Virus record (IMG/VR): IMGVR_UViG_3300032309_000245
Location: 641 to 64,640 of that record
DNA length: 64,000 bases
Reading direction: 5' to 3' (one strand)
From: a virus
Taxonomy: Duplodnaviria > Caudoviricetes
The notes under the pieces are model-generated. The model saw nothing but the letters and a program-made list of their open reading frames with translations. It did no database searches and was not told the DNA's origin. Made by a program: the position numbers and the translations under genes. Positions 34,429 to 45,551 of this stretch are shown one piece after another; the first letter of the stretch is position 1, and each line of letters begins with the position of its first letter.

Positions 34429-37400
34429 ATGGCCTTTGTTGTTGCTGATAGGGTAAAGGAAACTACCACCACAGTCGGCACAGGGGCAGTAGCTTTAGCC
34501 GGGGCGGTCACAGGGTTTCGCACCTTTGCGTCTGGTATTGGGAACAGCAATACCACTTACTACACCATTGCTCATCAGACCGCAAATGAGTGGGAAGTTG
34601 GGTTTGGCACCCTTGACTCTACCAGCGCCAACCTAGCGCGTACGACCGTCCTTGCATCGAGCAATAGCGGTTCATTAGTCACGTTCTCAGCGGGAACGAA
34701 GGACGTATTCGTCACGCAATCAGCCGCCCGGACTCTAGTCCAAGCCAGCGGCGGCACCACCACTAACGGGGTTCTCTACTACACCGGATCAGGCGTTGCC
34801 ACCGGGGGTAGTGCGCTGACGTTTGATGGGACTACGCTAAACACAACGGGCAATATCACTCTAAACGGCAGCCAAGTTCTTGCCGCTAGTAACTACAACT
34901 CTTATGCCCCCACTTTAACAGGCACCGGCGCTTCGGGTACTTGGGGTATTAACGTAACTGGAACTTCCGGATCAATTTCTGGATTTAACAATCCAACTAC
35001 TGCGGCAACAGCAAACACTATTGCTTACCGTGATAGCGGGGGTGATATTTATCAGCGCTATAGTTTCGCGGTACATTTTAATCAGTCTAGCGGCAACACG
35101 GAAAATCCTTCAATTGCAGCATTCTGGACAAACAGCGCGTCCGATAACTACAACCGCAAGTCCTCACCAGCGCACGTTATTAGCCAGCTTGGATTGCTTA
35201 CAACAAGCAACTACAACTCCTACGCCCCTACCCTGACTGGTACCGGAGCATCCGGCACTTGGAGTATTAACGTCACGGGTAGCGCAGGGTCTGCGTCAAG
35301 TGCAACTAACGCGACTAATTTATATGGTGCTGCTGGGTATATCCAATCAACAACGACCGGAACCTCATACTCAAATGCGTATCAGGTGCGAGAGGCTTTG
35401 GGCGGCAGCGGTAACACCAGTGCTATCTATACACCAAGATTAGCTTGGCATTGGAGCGGTGTTGTTGCGTCTTCGATTGGTATGGAAGCTAGTGGTCGGA
35501 TTGCAATTTTTAATAACCCCGGCACAAGTTACGAAAACCTTGTTTGTAATCAATTTCAAAGCGACCGTACATACGGGCTTACAGACATTCGCTCGCCAAT
35601 CTTCTACGATTATAATGACACGGGATATTACGTTGACCCTAACAATGTTTCTTTTTTAAATAATCTAATAGTTAATGGAGGTGCAGTTAGCAATAATAAC
35701 AACGGCTTGCGGAATGTGATGCCCACCGGAGGCTCTTATGTAACAGGTTCATCTTCTGTGTCCGGCGCTATTGTCATTACGTTGCCTCAAACTGTTTACC
35801 CAATGATTAAGTTCAGGGTTTCTGTTTATACCTACGATGGCTTGTCATTTGATATTTACTGCGGCGGACACACATCAAGTGGACTTTGGTACTACACGTT
35901 TGCGTACATGGGAACGCAAAACAGAAGTCCGCTAAATGTGAGGTTTACTTACGGTAGCGGATTAATGTATGTGTATATTGGCGAGCTTGGTTCAGTTTGG
36001 AGCTATCCGCAAGTTTTCATTACAGATGTTCAAGTTGGCTACACCAACTACGAGTACGATAGATGGGATAATGGTTGGACTATAAGTTTTAATTCGTCCA
36101 CATACAACAACATTTTATCAACTCATCTTGTTAATCCGCCACCACAGTCAACTAGTAATTACAGTGCTATTTATGCGCCTATTTTATACGACTATAATGA
36201 CACGGGGTATTACGTAGACCCTGCTAGTACATCAAATATAAACGCCATGACGGGCGTAGGAAATTGGTATACGTCAGCATATGTTGGTTCAACTGTTGTC
36301 CATATTCGCGGTGATTCGCTTGAAGATCGTACATCCGCATCTGATTCAGGAGCGGTCGTTGTTAATTACTACGGTTACCAAGTAGGCACAACATATTATC
36401 GCAACTTTATTGTATACGACGGCAAGGGTAGCCCAAGGCTAACAACTTACGGTTCAGGCAATTACACGCAAGCTACCGGCTCACTTCGTGCTCCGCTTTT
36501 TTACGACAGCGACAACACGAGCTTTTACTTAGATCCGAACAGCGGTTCTAATCTTAATACTATAACCGTTAACAATTGGATTTATAGTAATGGAGCCGTA
36601 GGCTGGTACAACAACACCTACGGTGGCGGCATCTACATGAATGATGCCACCTATGTCCGGGTGTATGCCAGCAAAGCGTTTTTGGTTGAAAACACAATCC
36701 AACACCAGACTGCTGGAGGTGTGGCCGAAGCATTTAAGGCGGTGAACACTACTTCAGCCACAACTACACAGTCAATAATTAGATTTAGCAGAACCACAGC
36801 ACCAACCGGCATTGGTAGCTTTTATGGTGGGATGGTTGATTGGATTCAAACCAAGCCAGACGCGGTAACGACTAGCACCGCGCAAATTTTTGCCCGCAAT
36901 AGTATGTTTGGTGGCATTAATAACACAATTGCTACTGGATTTTTATACCTCAAAGCAAATTCAGTAAATACTAGCAATGTTGAGTTTAATTCGGTTCAAC
37001 TTGCTTTAAACGGCAGCTATAGCGGAACCGGGTCTTTTACCGTTAGTGGTTACGATGGTGCTGTTGCCGCCGAAACTACTTGGTATACCCTAGCGCCTAC
37101 AAATCTTCGCCCACAAACAGATAACTATGCTTCGCTTGGGGTATCTTCCTTACGGTGGACGGTTGTTTATGCTACAACCGGCACAATCAACACTTCTGAC
37201 CGCACCCAAAAAGACGAAATACGCGATCTGGAAACCGCTGAAAAAGCAGTGGCGGTGCGAATCAAGTCTTTGTTTAAAGCGTTCAAGTTCAAAGACGCCA
37301 TTCAGAAGAAAGGCGACAATGCTCGCATCCACGTTGGCGTGATTGCCCAAGACGTTCGGGATGCGTTTATTGCTGAAGGGCTAGATCCAAACCGCTACGC

Positions 37401-37551
37401 GCTGTTTTGCTCTGACACGTTCAAAGTAGTGAACGATGTTCCAGTTGATCGAGACGAAGTAACCAACGAATACCCAGCAGATGCCGTGGATAAGACCGTG
37501 CTTGGCGTACGGTATGATGAACTCCTTGCTTTTGTTATCTCTGCCATATAA
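34429..37551 (+). CDS. Long tail fibre with C-terminal intramolecular chaperone (peptidase S74-like)
   Basis: N-terminal DRVKETTTT.GTG anchor, G/T/S-rich shaft, C-terminal TSDRTQKDEI...HVGVIAQD...GVRYDEL. Confidence 0.88.
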   Translation: MAFVVADRVKETTTTVGTGAVALAGAVTGFRTFASGIGNSNTTYYTIAHQTANEWEVGFGTLDSTSANLARTTVLASSNSGSLVTFSAGTKDVFVTQSAARTLVQASGGTTTNGVLYYTGSGVATGGSALTFDGTTLNTTGNITLNGSQVLAASNYNSYAPTLTGTGASGTWGINVTGTSGSISGFNNPTTAATANTIAYRDSGGDIYQRYSFAVHFNQSSGNTENPSIAAFWTNSASDNYNRKSSPAHVISQLGLLTTSNYNSYAPTLTGTGASGTWSINVTGSAGSASSATNATNLYGAAGYIQSTTTGTSYSNAYQVREALGGSGNTSAIYTPRLAWHWSGVVASSIGMEASGRIAIFNNPGTSYENLVCNQFQSDRTYGLTDIRSPIFYDYNDTGYYVDPNNVSFLNNLIVNGGAVSNNNNGLRNVMPTGGSYVTGSSSVSGAIVITLPQTVYPMIKFRVSVYTYDGLSFDIYCGGHTSSGLWYYTFAYMGTQNRSPLNVRFTYGSGLMYVYIGELGSVWSYPQVFITDVQVGYTNYEYDRWDNGWTISFNSSTYNNILSTHLVNPPPQSTSNYSAIYAPILYDYNDTGYYVDPASTSNINAMTGVGNWYTSAYVGSTVVHIRGDSLEDRTSASDSGAVVVNYYGYQVGTTYYRNFIVYDGKGSPRLTTYGSGNYTQATGSLRAPLFYDSDNTSFYLDPNSGSNLNTITVNNWIYSNGAVGWYNNTYGGGIYMNDATYVRVYASKAFLVENTIQHQTAGGVAEAFKAVNTTSATTTQSIIRFSRTTAPTGIGSFYGGMVDWIQTKPDAVTTSTAQIFARNSMFGGINNTIATGFLYLKANSVNTSNVEFNSVQLALNGSYSGTGSFTVSGYDGAVAAETTWYTLAPTNLRPQTDNYASLGVSSLRWTVVYATTGTINTSDRTQKDEIRDLETAEKAVAVRIKSLFKAFKFKDAIQKKGDNARIHVGVIAQDVRDAFIAEGLDPNRYALFCSDTFKVVNDVPVDRDEVTNEYPADAVDKTVLGVRYDELLAFVISAI

Positions 37552-37560
37552 AGGACAATC

Positions 37561-37914
37561 ATGGCAATCACTTACACATGGGCTGTTACCGGCCTAAAGA
37601 CTACGACCGAAGGGCAATACTCTGAAGTGGTTGTGCAAACGTACTGGACCAAGACCGGCACGGATGAGAACGGCAACACGGGTACGTTTGCTGGGGCTAC
37701 GCCATTTACGGCGTCTTCTGTTACTCCGGGCACGTTCGTTCCGTTCAACGAACTTACTCAAGACATCGTGCTTGGCTGGATTCAGCCGGTTGTCGTTGGG
37801 GCTTACGCTGAACACGTTGACGAACAAATCGCAAAGCAGATTGCTGCTAAGATCGACCCCGTGGTAGAACAGCCACTTCCTTGGGCACCCGCCCCTATTC
37901 CACCAACCCCGTAA
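37561..37914 (+). CDS. Tail fibre-associated protein
   Basis: ITYTW...FVPFNELTQDIVLGWI...PLPW; paralog of the 41737 ORF. Confidence 0.75.
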   Translation: MAITYTWAVTGLKTTTEGQYSEVVVQTYWTKTGTDENGNTGTFAGATPFTASSVTPGTFVPFNELTQDIVLGWIQPVVVGAYAEHVDEQIAKQIAAKIDPVVEQPLPWAPAPIPPTP

Positions 37915-37926
37915 TCGGACTCCCTA

Positions 37927-38070
37927 ATGGAAAACATCACCCTTACCCTGACCGTCAACCAGCTTAATGTCGTTATGGCCGCGCTGGGCAAAGCCCCTTA
38001 TGAAGCAGTTGCAGAGCTTATTCAGGTGCTACGCGATCAGGCTCTTCCACAAATTAACAAGCCTGAGTAG
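37927..38070 (+). CDS. 47-aa tail fibre-associated protein (MENITLTLTVNQLNVVMAALGKAPYEAVAELI...)
   Basis: Manual translation, below the ORF-track cutoff; fills the gap exactly. Confidence 0.75.
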   Translation: MENITLTLTVNQLNVVMAALGKAPYEAVAELIQVLRDQALPQINKPE

Positions 38071-38072
38071 TT

Positions 38073-39146
38073 GTGCTGTACGGCGACGGTCCATACAGTG
38101 CTGCGCCGTATTCGTCCACCGCTGCGGGTTTCTACAGCGTAAACATCTCAGAATCGGCATCGGGTGTAGATGCGGTTTCTGTTGTTGTTTCAATGTTGGT
38201 TTCCATTTCAGAAACAGCGTCTGGGGTGGATGTTCAGACTTCACGCGTAGATTTTGTTGTTACTGCGGCTGAGTCGGCTTCTGGTCTAGACTCTGTTATT
38301 GCTGGCCTATCGTTTGTTGTTTCTGTTAGCGAAACTGCATCCGGTATAGATGCAGTATCAAACCTAGCCGTTTTTGTTTCGTCCGTGTTGGAGTCAGCCT
38401 CTGGTGCAGATGCTGTTTCTTCGCTTGCTTCATTTAATAGCGCAGTATCAGAAGCATCTTCCGGAGTAGATCAAACTTCTACAATTGGCACATTCAACAT
38501 CAGCGTCTCAGAGACTGCGTCTGGGGTTGATTCAACCTCAACAGCGGCGGTCTTCCTTTCGGCTGTAACTGAAACAGCGTCTGGGCTTGATGCCATCTCC
38601 TCTCTTGTGGACTTTAGGTCCGATGTCACGGAATCTGCGTCCGGTCTAGACGCAGTATCTTCTTTAGCGATCTTTGTTTCGTCGGTTTCTGAAAGCGCGT
38701 CGGGGGCGGACTCCGTTTCCTCCACCGCTACATTAAACCTTGCGATTGACGAGTCCGCATCTGGTGCAGACGTTCAGACCTCTAGGGTTGATTTTGTTGT
38801 CTCAATTGATGAGGCGGCGTCCGGGCTTGACGCACTTACCAATGTTGGAATTTTTGGCGTACAGATTTCCGAGGCAGTGTCAGGGCTTGACACCCTGTCC
38901 AATATTGGTACATTCAACGTATCTCTTAGCGAAGCCGCAACTGGTATCGCAGCGTTTACTGCAAGGCTTTTGTGGGAGATCATTGATGACTCACAGACGG
39001 TAAGTTGGCAGCTAATAAACAACTCGCAGTCCACAACGTGGACTACAATTAACAACTCCCAGACTGTTGTCTGGCAGAACATTGGTACGGCGCAGAACCC
39101 CAACTGGGTGCTAATCAGCAACCCGCAATCACCGAACTGGAATTGA
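38073..39146 (+). CDS. Acidic 21-aa repeat fibre/rod protein
   Basis: About 14 E[ST]ASGxD repeats at a 21-aa period, then five 11-aa Trp-led repeats. Confidence 0.8.
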   Translation: MLYGDGPYSAAPYSSTAAGFYSVNISESASGVDAVSVVVSMLVSISETASGVDVQTSRVDFVVTAAESASGLDSVIAGLSFVVSVSETASGIDAVSNLAVFVSSVLESASGADAVSSLASFNSAVSEASSGVDQTSTIGTFNISVSETASGVDSTSTAAVFLSAVTETASGLDAISSLVDFRSDVTESASGLDAVSSLAIFVSSVSESASGADSVSSTATLNLAIDESASGADVQTSRVDFVVSIDEAASGLDALTNVGIFGVQISEAVSGLDTLSNIGTFNVSLSEAATGIAAFTARLLWEIIDDSQTVSWQLINNSQSTTWTTINNSQTVVWQNIGTAQNPNWVLISNPQSPNWN

Positions 39147-39147
39147 T

Positions 39148-41733
39148 ATGGCGACTTCTTTTACCTCCCTTCTAGGACTTGCTCTTCCAGTTCAAGGCGA
39201 ATTGTCTGGGGTGTGGGGCGATACGGTTAACAACTACATCACAACGTATCTTGATTCAGCGATTGCTGGGTCAAACGCTATTTCTTTGACGGCAGACACG
39301 GCGTTAACCAAACAGACAAACGCAAGTCTTACCGGATCATCGTCGCAGTACGCCATCCTAAACGTGACGCCAAACGCAAGCACATGGACGCTAACCGTCC
39401 CTGCGGCAAGCCAAGTTTACGTTGTTCACAATCTGTCGGGCACGCACACCTTTTCGTTTAAAGGATCTGGCGGGACGGCTGTTACGTTTGCTGCTAATGA
39501 AAAAGCGGTGATGGCGTGGAACGGATCGAACTTCATCAAGGTCGCGTCCAGCGCTATTTCCAACTTAACCGGAATTGTGCCAGCCGCAAACGGTGGTACG
39601 GGGGTGGCTAATAACGCGGCGAGTACGCTTACGATTGCGGGGGCGTATGGCACAACGCTTACCGTATCTGGGACAACGGCACTTACCCTGCCAACCTCTG
39701 GGACTTTGGCTACGCTTGCTGGTACAGAGACTCTAACCAACAAGACGCTTACTGCTCCCACATTAACTGCTCCCGTTCTGGGAACTCCTGCCAGCGGCAC
39801 GCTAACCAATGCAACTGGATTGCCTATATCTACGGGTGTTTCGGGTCTGGGCACGGGAGTAGCTACGTTTTTAGGAACCCCAACTAGCGCAAACTTAGCT
39901 GTGACGATTACAGATGAGACGGGTTCAGGTTCCCTAGTATTTGCAAACAGCCCCACACTTGTAACACCCGCGCTGGGCACCCCCACCGCTGCTGTACTAA
40001 CAAACGCTACTGGGTTGCCATTGTCCACCGGCGTCACAGGATTTTTGGGAGTGGGGAATGGCGGCACTGGGCTTACGGGAGGTACTTCTGGCGGTGTTCC
40101 TTATTACTCAGCAACCAACACATTAGCCTCTAGTGGGGCGTTGGGTGTAAACGGCGTGGTGTATGGAGGTGGTGCGGGGGCTGCGCCATCAACAACTTCG
40201 GCGGGTTCAACCAATCAGGTATTGTTGGGCAATACCGCATCTCCGCCTTCTTGGGGGCAAGTTAATTTAGCAACTGCCGTAACCGGCAACTTGCCGGTTA
40301 CTAATTTAAACAGTGGAACCAGCGCCTCTGCGACCACATTCTGGCGCGGTGATGGTACGTGGGGCACACCGGCGGGTTCCGGCGGAACGGTTACTGGCGT
40401 TGGAGCTACTGCACCTATTGCTTCCAGCGGGGGCACTTCCCCGGTTATTAGTATCAATGCTAATTACGGCGACACACAAAATCCATATGCCAGCAAGACG
40501 CAAAACTACGTTCTGGCTGCGCCAAACGGCACAGGCGGAGTTCCTACATTCCGGGCGCTTGTAGCGGCGGATATTCCCACGCTAAATCAAAACACGACTG
40601 GAACCGCCGCTGATTTGTCGGCTACTCTTGCAGCAAATAAAGGGGGGACGGGGGTAGCTAACAACGCAGCCAATACCATTACCTTTACTGGTGCGTACTC
40701 TCTCGGTTTGACCCTTTCCGCTAATACGGCGCTTACCCTGCCAACTTCTGGAACTTTGGTCACGCTCGCCGGGACGGAAACGCTCACTAACAAAACGCTT
40801 ACTTCTCCAACGCTAACTGCTCCCGCACTTGGCACCCCAGCGTCTGGCAATTTAATAAATTGCGGATTCCCTACGCTTAATCAGAATACTACGGGGTCCG
40901 CTGCTAGCTTATCGGCTAACCTTCCTGTAAGTAATCTCAATAGCGGGACAGGCGCTTCGGCTTCTACGTATTGGCGCGGAGATGGCACATGGGCAAGCGT
41001 GACAGCTTCCGCTGCGGGTTCTGATACGCAGATCCAATACAACAGCAGTGGGTCACTAGCAGGATCGGCTAATTTAATATTTAACGGAACCAATCTTGCT
41101 GTTGGCGCTAGTGGCATTAGTTCTTGGGGAGCTAATTATAGAGCAATTGAGTTTGGCTCTTATGGGATCACCTTATCATATTTCAATACGACGTGGCCTA
41201 CGTTAAATTTATCTTCTAACGCATATAACAACGGCACTAACTGGATATTTAAATACCCTAGTACACAGTACGCTGCTTTATATCAACAATACAACGGCGC
41301 CCACTATTGGTCCTATTCTTCCGCAACGGGTTCGTCGGGAGGGACAATATCTTTTACTTCAGCAATGACACTGACTTCTGGTGGAAACCTGCAAGTTGGT
41401 ACAACTTCAAACAATGGCAGCACGGGGAACAGCACAAGTGTAATTGGGGGCTTGTTTACAACTGCTAACGGTACGTTATCCTCAGTTGCTACCGGCTCTT
41501 CAACCAGCATGGTTTCAATTGCCCCAAGCCGCGCGTACATAGTTATGGCTTTTTGCGATACAACTAGCTCGTTCATAATTGCATCTGCGGTTGGGTATGG
41601 AACAGCCGTGCAGTTTGGAACTATTGCTAGTAGCAACATGTCTTTCTCTAATACGAATCTAACAATTTTTGTTACCCAAACTACTGGGTCCACGCAGAAC
41701 ATTAAGTATTCCGTACTCAACATTGCAGGATAA
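39148..41733 (+). CDS. Second tail fibre protein
   Basis: N-terminal LGLALP..GE.SG.WG.TVN anchor; [14 protein letters not shown] and ANGGTG fibre motifs. Confidence 0.85.
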   Translation: MATSFTSLLGLALPVQGELSGVWGDTVNNYITTYLDSAIAGSNAISLTADTALTKQTNASLTGSSSQYAILNVTPNASTWTLTVPAASQVYVVHNLSGTHTFSFKGSGGTAVTFAANEKAVMAWNGSNFIKVASSAISNLTGIVPAANGGTGVANNAASTLTIAGAYGTTLTVSGTTALTLPTSGTLATLAGTETLTNKTLTAPTLTAPVLGTPASGTLTNATGLPISTGVSGLGTGVATFLGTPTSANLAVTITDETGSGSLVFANSPTLVTPALGTPTAAVLTNATGLPLSTGVTGFLGVGNGGTGLTGGTSGGVPYYSATNTLASSGALGVNGVVYGGGAGAAPSTTSAGSTNQVLLGNTASPPSWGQVNLATAVTGNLPVTNLNSGTSASATTFWRGDGTWGTPAGSGGTVTGVGATAPIASSGGTSPVISINANYGDTQNPYASKTQNYVLAAPNGTGGVPTFRALVAADIPTLNQNTTGTAADLSATLAANKGGTGVANNAANTITFTGAYSLGLTLSANTALTLPTSGTLVTLAGTETLTNKTLTSPTLTAPALGTPASGNLINCGFPTLNQNTTGSAASLSANLPVSNLNSGTGASASTYWRGDGTWASVTASAAGSDTQIQYNSSGSLAGSANLIFNGTNLAVGASGISSWGANYRAIEFGSYGITLSYFNTTWPTLNLSSNAYNNGTNWIFKYPSTQYAALYQQYNGAHYWSYSSATGSSGGTISFTSAMTLTSGGNLQVGTTSNNGSTGNSTSVIGGLFTTANGTLSSVATGSSTSMVSIAPSRAYIVMAFCDTTSSFIIASAVGYGTAVQFGTIASSNMSFSNTNLTIFVTQTTGSTQNIKYSVLNIAG

Positions 41734-41736
41734 ACC

Positions 41737-42054
41737 ATGACCACTTTTACTTGGGAAGTCTCCCAACTCGACTGTTATCCGCAAGCTGAAGGGCAAACGG
41801 ATGTAGTATTTACTGTTCATTGGCGCTGCGCTGGCACGAACGGAACCTATTTAGCTTCAGTTTATTCAACCTGTCTAATACCCGCGCCAACCAATTCTTT
41901 TACTCCCTACGCCAACTTAACTAGGGAGCAAGTTCTCGGGTGGATTTGGTCTAACGGCGTGGATCAAGCGGCCATTGAAGCCGCCGTTCAACAGAGAATC
42001 AACGATCAAATTACCCCTCCTGTGATCAGTCCACCGCTTCCTTGGAGTAGCTAA
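41737..42054 (+). CDS. Tail fibre-associated protein
   Basis: TFTW...FTPYANLTREQVLGWI...PLPW; paralog of the 37561 ORF. Confidence 0.75.
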   Translation: MTTFTWEVSQLDCYPQAEGQTDVVFTVHWRCAGTNGTYLASVYSTCLIPAPTNSFTPYANLTREQVLGWIWSNGVDQAAIEAAVQQRINDQITPPVISPPLPWSS

Positions 42055-42055
42055 A

Positions 42056-42361
42056 ATGACTGAAAAACTTGAAGCCAAAAGCCAGTTGATTGAGAAGACT
42101 GCCTTTGCAGTGCTTCCTATTCTTTTCACCTGCGTTGTGTACCTTATGTCTGCGTTAGACAAGATCACGCACGACGTAACGGTACTCAACGCCAAGATCA
42201 GTCTGGTGGTCACATCAGACAACAAGCAAGCTGCTAACTCTGGCGCAGAACTAGCGCGGGAAAAATTGCGGCAAGATTTGGAAAAGCAGATTCATGAGAA
42301 CCGGGAACTAATTCACTTAAACCGCGAACGTATTGTCATACTTGAACAAAAGGTGAAGTAA
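42056..42361 (+). CDS. Membrane-anchored coiled-coil protein (lysis module)
   Basis: One transmembrane helix then a coiled coil; upstream of the endolysin. Confidence 0.6.
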   Translation: MTEKLEAKSQLIEKTAFAVLPILFTCVVYLMSALDKITHDVTVLNAKISLVVTSDNKQAANSGAELAREKLRQDLEKQIHENRELIHLNRERIVILEQKVK

Positions 42362-42874
42362 ATGGCGCAGTTTGAGCCAGCATTTGAAGAAATGCTGAAG
42401 GACGAAGGCGGCTATCAACTAACCACCCTAGCGGGTGACACAGGAGGGATGACTTATGCCGGAATCGCAAGAAACCCCAACCCAACTTGGGAAGGCTGGG
42501 CCTTGGTGGATCGTAAAGAATTTGGTGGCGAGCTTACTGCGATGGTTCGTCGATTCTATAAAACTACTTTCTGGGATCGCCTCCGAGGTGACGAAATTGC
42601 GAGCCAAGAAATAGCCGCAAGTATCTTCAATTTTGGGGTCAATGCTGGCGTCGGTATGGCTGCAAAGTTGGCGCAGATTGTAGTGGGCGCTACGCCTGAC
42701 GGGGGGATCGGCCCCAAAACGGTCGAGATGCTCAACCGCTACGACCCCAAGCATTTCAAGAAAGACTACGCGTTGGCAAAAATCGCGCGATATGTTGAGA
42801 TTTGTAATAGGGACAAAGTTCAGGACCGCTTCCTTCGCGGTTGGATCAATCGCACACTGCGGGGGCTGAAATAA
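42362..42874 (+). CDS. Endolysin, glycoside hydrolase family 108
   Basis: EGGY...DTGGMTYAGI catalytic motif, DGGIGPKT, and C-terminal FLRGWINR. Confidence 0.9.
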   Translation: MAQFEPAFEEMLKDEGGYQLTTLAGDTGGMTYAGIARNPNPTWEGWALVDRKEFGGELTAMVRRFYKTTFWDRLRGDEIASQEIAASIFNFGVNAGVGMAAKLAQIVVGATPDGGIGPKTVEMLNRYDPKHFKKDYALAKIARYVEICNRDKVQDRFLRGWINRTLRGLK

Positions 42875-43311
42875 TGGACTTGATGGGAATTGGCTCAATC
42901 ATCGAGGGAGTGGGGAAAGTTGCAGGTGACCTCATCACAACGGATAAAGAACGCCTACAGATGGCACTTGAAGAGCGGAAGCTCGACTTGGAAGAAAAGA
43001 AGATTGATCAGGCAACCGACCTCGCGCAGGTGGATATCAATAAGATCGAAGCTGCAAGTTCTAGCGTATTTGTCTCTGGTTGGCGTCCTGCTGTTGGTTG
43101 GGTTGGGGTACTTGGTCTGGCTTATCAATTCCTTGGCTACCCTCTGATGCAGTGGTGTTGGGCTTTTGGGCAAGGTGTGGATATAATTCCAAAAGAGCTT
43201 CACGCGCCGCCCGACCTTGACGTTGAACAACTCATGACGCTCCTTGCGGGCCTGTTGGGTTTTGGTGGGATGCGCAGCTTCGAGAAGCATAAAGGCGTTG
43301 CGAGTAAATAA
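42874..43311 (+). CDS. Holin (3TM holin family)
   Basis: Start reassigned to MDLMGIG (TAATG overlap); GWRPAVGW...LLGFGGMRSFEK signature. Confidence 0.85.
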   Translation: MDLMGIGSIIEGVGKVAGDLITTDKERLQMALEERKLDLEEKKIDQATDLAQVDINKIEAASSSVFVSGWRPAVGWVGVLGLAYQFLGYPLMQWCWAFGQGVDIIPKELHAPPDLDVEQLMTLLAGLLGFGGMRSFEKHKGVASK

Positions 43312-45551
43312 TGCCACTCAAAAAACTGCTATTCAAACCGGGGGTTAACCGCGAGAACACGCGGTACACCAACGAAGGCGGGTACTTTGAATCTGACAAG
43401 ATTCGATTTCGCCAAGGCACACCAGAGAAAATTGGCGGTTGGAAGCAGCTATCAGGTAATATTTTCGCTGGCGTTTGCCGGTCCTTATGGACTTGGATCA
43501 CGTTAGGCTTTCAAAAGCTAACGGGAGTTGGGACTAACCTAAAGTTCTACGTTGAGAACCAAGGGTATTTTTACGACATCACGCCGATTCGTTACACCAG
43601 TACGTTAGTTAATAAATTAGAAACCGACACAGCTACAAACAGCGGCGGCTACACCACAATCGAGGTTACCGACGTTAATCTTGACCCTGATGGGAACACG
43701 TTTGCAGATGGCGATTACGTTACGCTTTATGGATCTGCCGGGAATATAACGGTTGGTGGCGTAACGATTACTTCCGGTTCGGAATATCAGCTTACTAAAA
43801 CGAGCACTACAACTTACACAATTAGTGTTTTAGGTACGGCAACATCCAACGTGACGGGTGGCGGCACCATATACGCGGTGTACCAAATCAATACTGGCTC
43901 AGCTACCGTAACTCCCGTCGCTGGATGGGGTGCTGGAACGTGGGGCACGCCTCCAGCTTATTCTCCTCCGTCGCTTGTTGGAACTTGGGGGTACGGTACG
44001 CAATCCAATACGTCTTTGCGGCTATGGAACCAGCAAAACGTATATCAAGAAGATTTGCTGTATGGCCCACGAGGTGGCCCTCTTTACTGGTGGGTGCCAA
44101 CTATTGGCTATAGCCCAAGTGCTGTAACAATAAGTTTTGGTGTCCCTGCCGTAGTAACTTCTACTATAGCTTTAGATGAATACACTCCAATTACGTTTAC
44201 CACTACTGGTTACCTACCCCCGCCGCTTTTGCCGGGGGTTATTTATTACGTAACTAACACAACGGGTGTTACATTTAATCTCGCCGCTACTGCTGGTGGA
44301 ACTCCTATAAATACCACCGCTGCGGGGTCTGGCACGCAATACATTTCCCCTCGCGGGGTTTTGTTGTCTAGTCTGTATGGCACTTTTGTTGACGACGCAA
44401 ACTTTACTGGCTGGATTCTTACGTCTGATGTGCCGTTGTACCAAAACTATATGCTTGTGTCGGACATCAATGAGTATGCAATCTGTTTTGGGACAAACCT
44501 TCCCGGCGAGACAACCCTAAATCCTATGGCCGTTCGTTGGTCAACTTCTGGGAGGGTCACGGATTGGGAGCCTAATCCAAATACTTACGCAAACGATGCT
44601 GGATTTCAGATTTTGTCCCACGGCTCAAGAATCGTAACCGCTGTACAAAGTCGGCAAGAGATTACGGTTTTTACGGATTCTTCGCTTTATTCCATGCAGT
44701 TTCTTGGTGGGGATATTGTTTGGAATTTCCAACTGCTGGGTGACAACATTTCCATCATGGGGCCAAACGCTGCGGTTGTAGCTTCAGACGCTTTGTATTG
44801 GATGGGAGTAGATAAGTTCTACCGGTACGACGGACGTATAAGTACGTTGCGTTGCGATTTACGTAATTTTATTTTTGAAAACATCAACAAAACCCAATCA
44901 GAACAAGTGTTTTGTAGCACCAACGAAGGATTTAACGAAATTTGGTGGTTCTACTGCGTCGGTTCATCTGATGTAATCACTAACTACGTTGTCTACAACT
45001 ACGCTGAAGATCTGTGGTACTACGGCACGATGGGCCGCACTGCTTGGCTAGATAGCGGGTTGAACAATTACCCCCTCGCGGCTACTTATATTAATAATTT
45101 AGTAGAGCACGAAAACGGTATTGATGATCTCTCGACCGGTACTCCTGCGGCTATTGAGGCGTACATTCTGTCGTCTGAATTTGATATTGACGATGGCGAC
45201 CGGTTCGGGTTTGTATGGCGTGTTGTGCCCGACATTACGTTTAGGCAGTCTACCGCTGCAAATCCTTCGGTTACGATGACGCTACTACCTATGCAGAATT
45301 CCGGTTCTGGATATAACAATCCGGCTTCTGTTGGTGGTCAGGCTTACGCTTCTGTTACCGGAACCAACACGGCCAATTATCAGACCATCACGGTTGGCGG
45401 CAAGGCTTACGAAATTGAACGCTTTACCGGACAAATTTACACCCGAGTGCGGGGGCGGCAAATGGCGTTTTCTGTTTGGTCTAATCAAGTCGGCACAACG
45501 TGGCAGCTTGGCGCTCCCCGTATGGATATCCGTCAGGATGGACGTAGATGA
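43311..45551 (+). CDS. Tail tubular B / P22 gp10-like tail hub protein
   Basis: KPGVNRE...RFRQG.PEKIGGW...VRWS...YWMG...EIWWFY; 746 aa, beta-rich, upstream of the ejection genes. Confidence 0.75.
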   Translation: MPLKKLLFKPGVNRENTRYTNEGGYFESDKIRFRQGTPEKIGGWKQLSGNIFAGVCRSLWTWITLGFQKLTGVGTNLKFYVENQGYFYDITPIRYTSTLVNKLETDTATNSGGYTTIEVTDVNLDPDGNTFADGDYVTLYGSAGNITVGGVTITSGSEYQLTKTSTTTYTISVLGTATSNVTGGGTIYAVYQINTGSATVTPVAGWGAGTWGTPPAYSPPSLVGTWGYGTQSNTSLRLWNQQNVYQEDLLYGPRGGPLYWWVPTIGYSPSAVTISFGVPAVVTSTIALDEYTPITFTTTGYLPPPLLPGVIYYVTNTTGVTFNLAATAGGTPINTTAAGSGTQYISPRGVLLSSLYGTFVDDANFTGWILTSDVPLYQNYMLVSDINEYAICFGTNLPGETTLNPMAVRWSTSGRVTDWEPNPNTYANDAGFQILSHGSRIVTAVQSRQEITVFTDSSLYSMQFLGGDIVWNFQLLGDNISIMGPNAAVVASDALYWMGVDKFYRYDGRISTLRCDLRNFIFENINKTQSEQVFCSTNEGFNEIWWFYCVGSSDVITNYVVYNYAEDLWYYGTMGRTAWLDSGLNNYPLAATYINNLVEHENGIDDLSTGTPAAIEAYILSSEFDIDDGDRFGFVWRVVPDITFRQSTAANPSVTMTLLPMQNSGSGYNNPASVGGQAYASVTGTNTANYQTITVGGKAYEIERFTGQIYTRVRGRQMAFSVWSNQVGTTWQLGAPRMDIRQDGRR

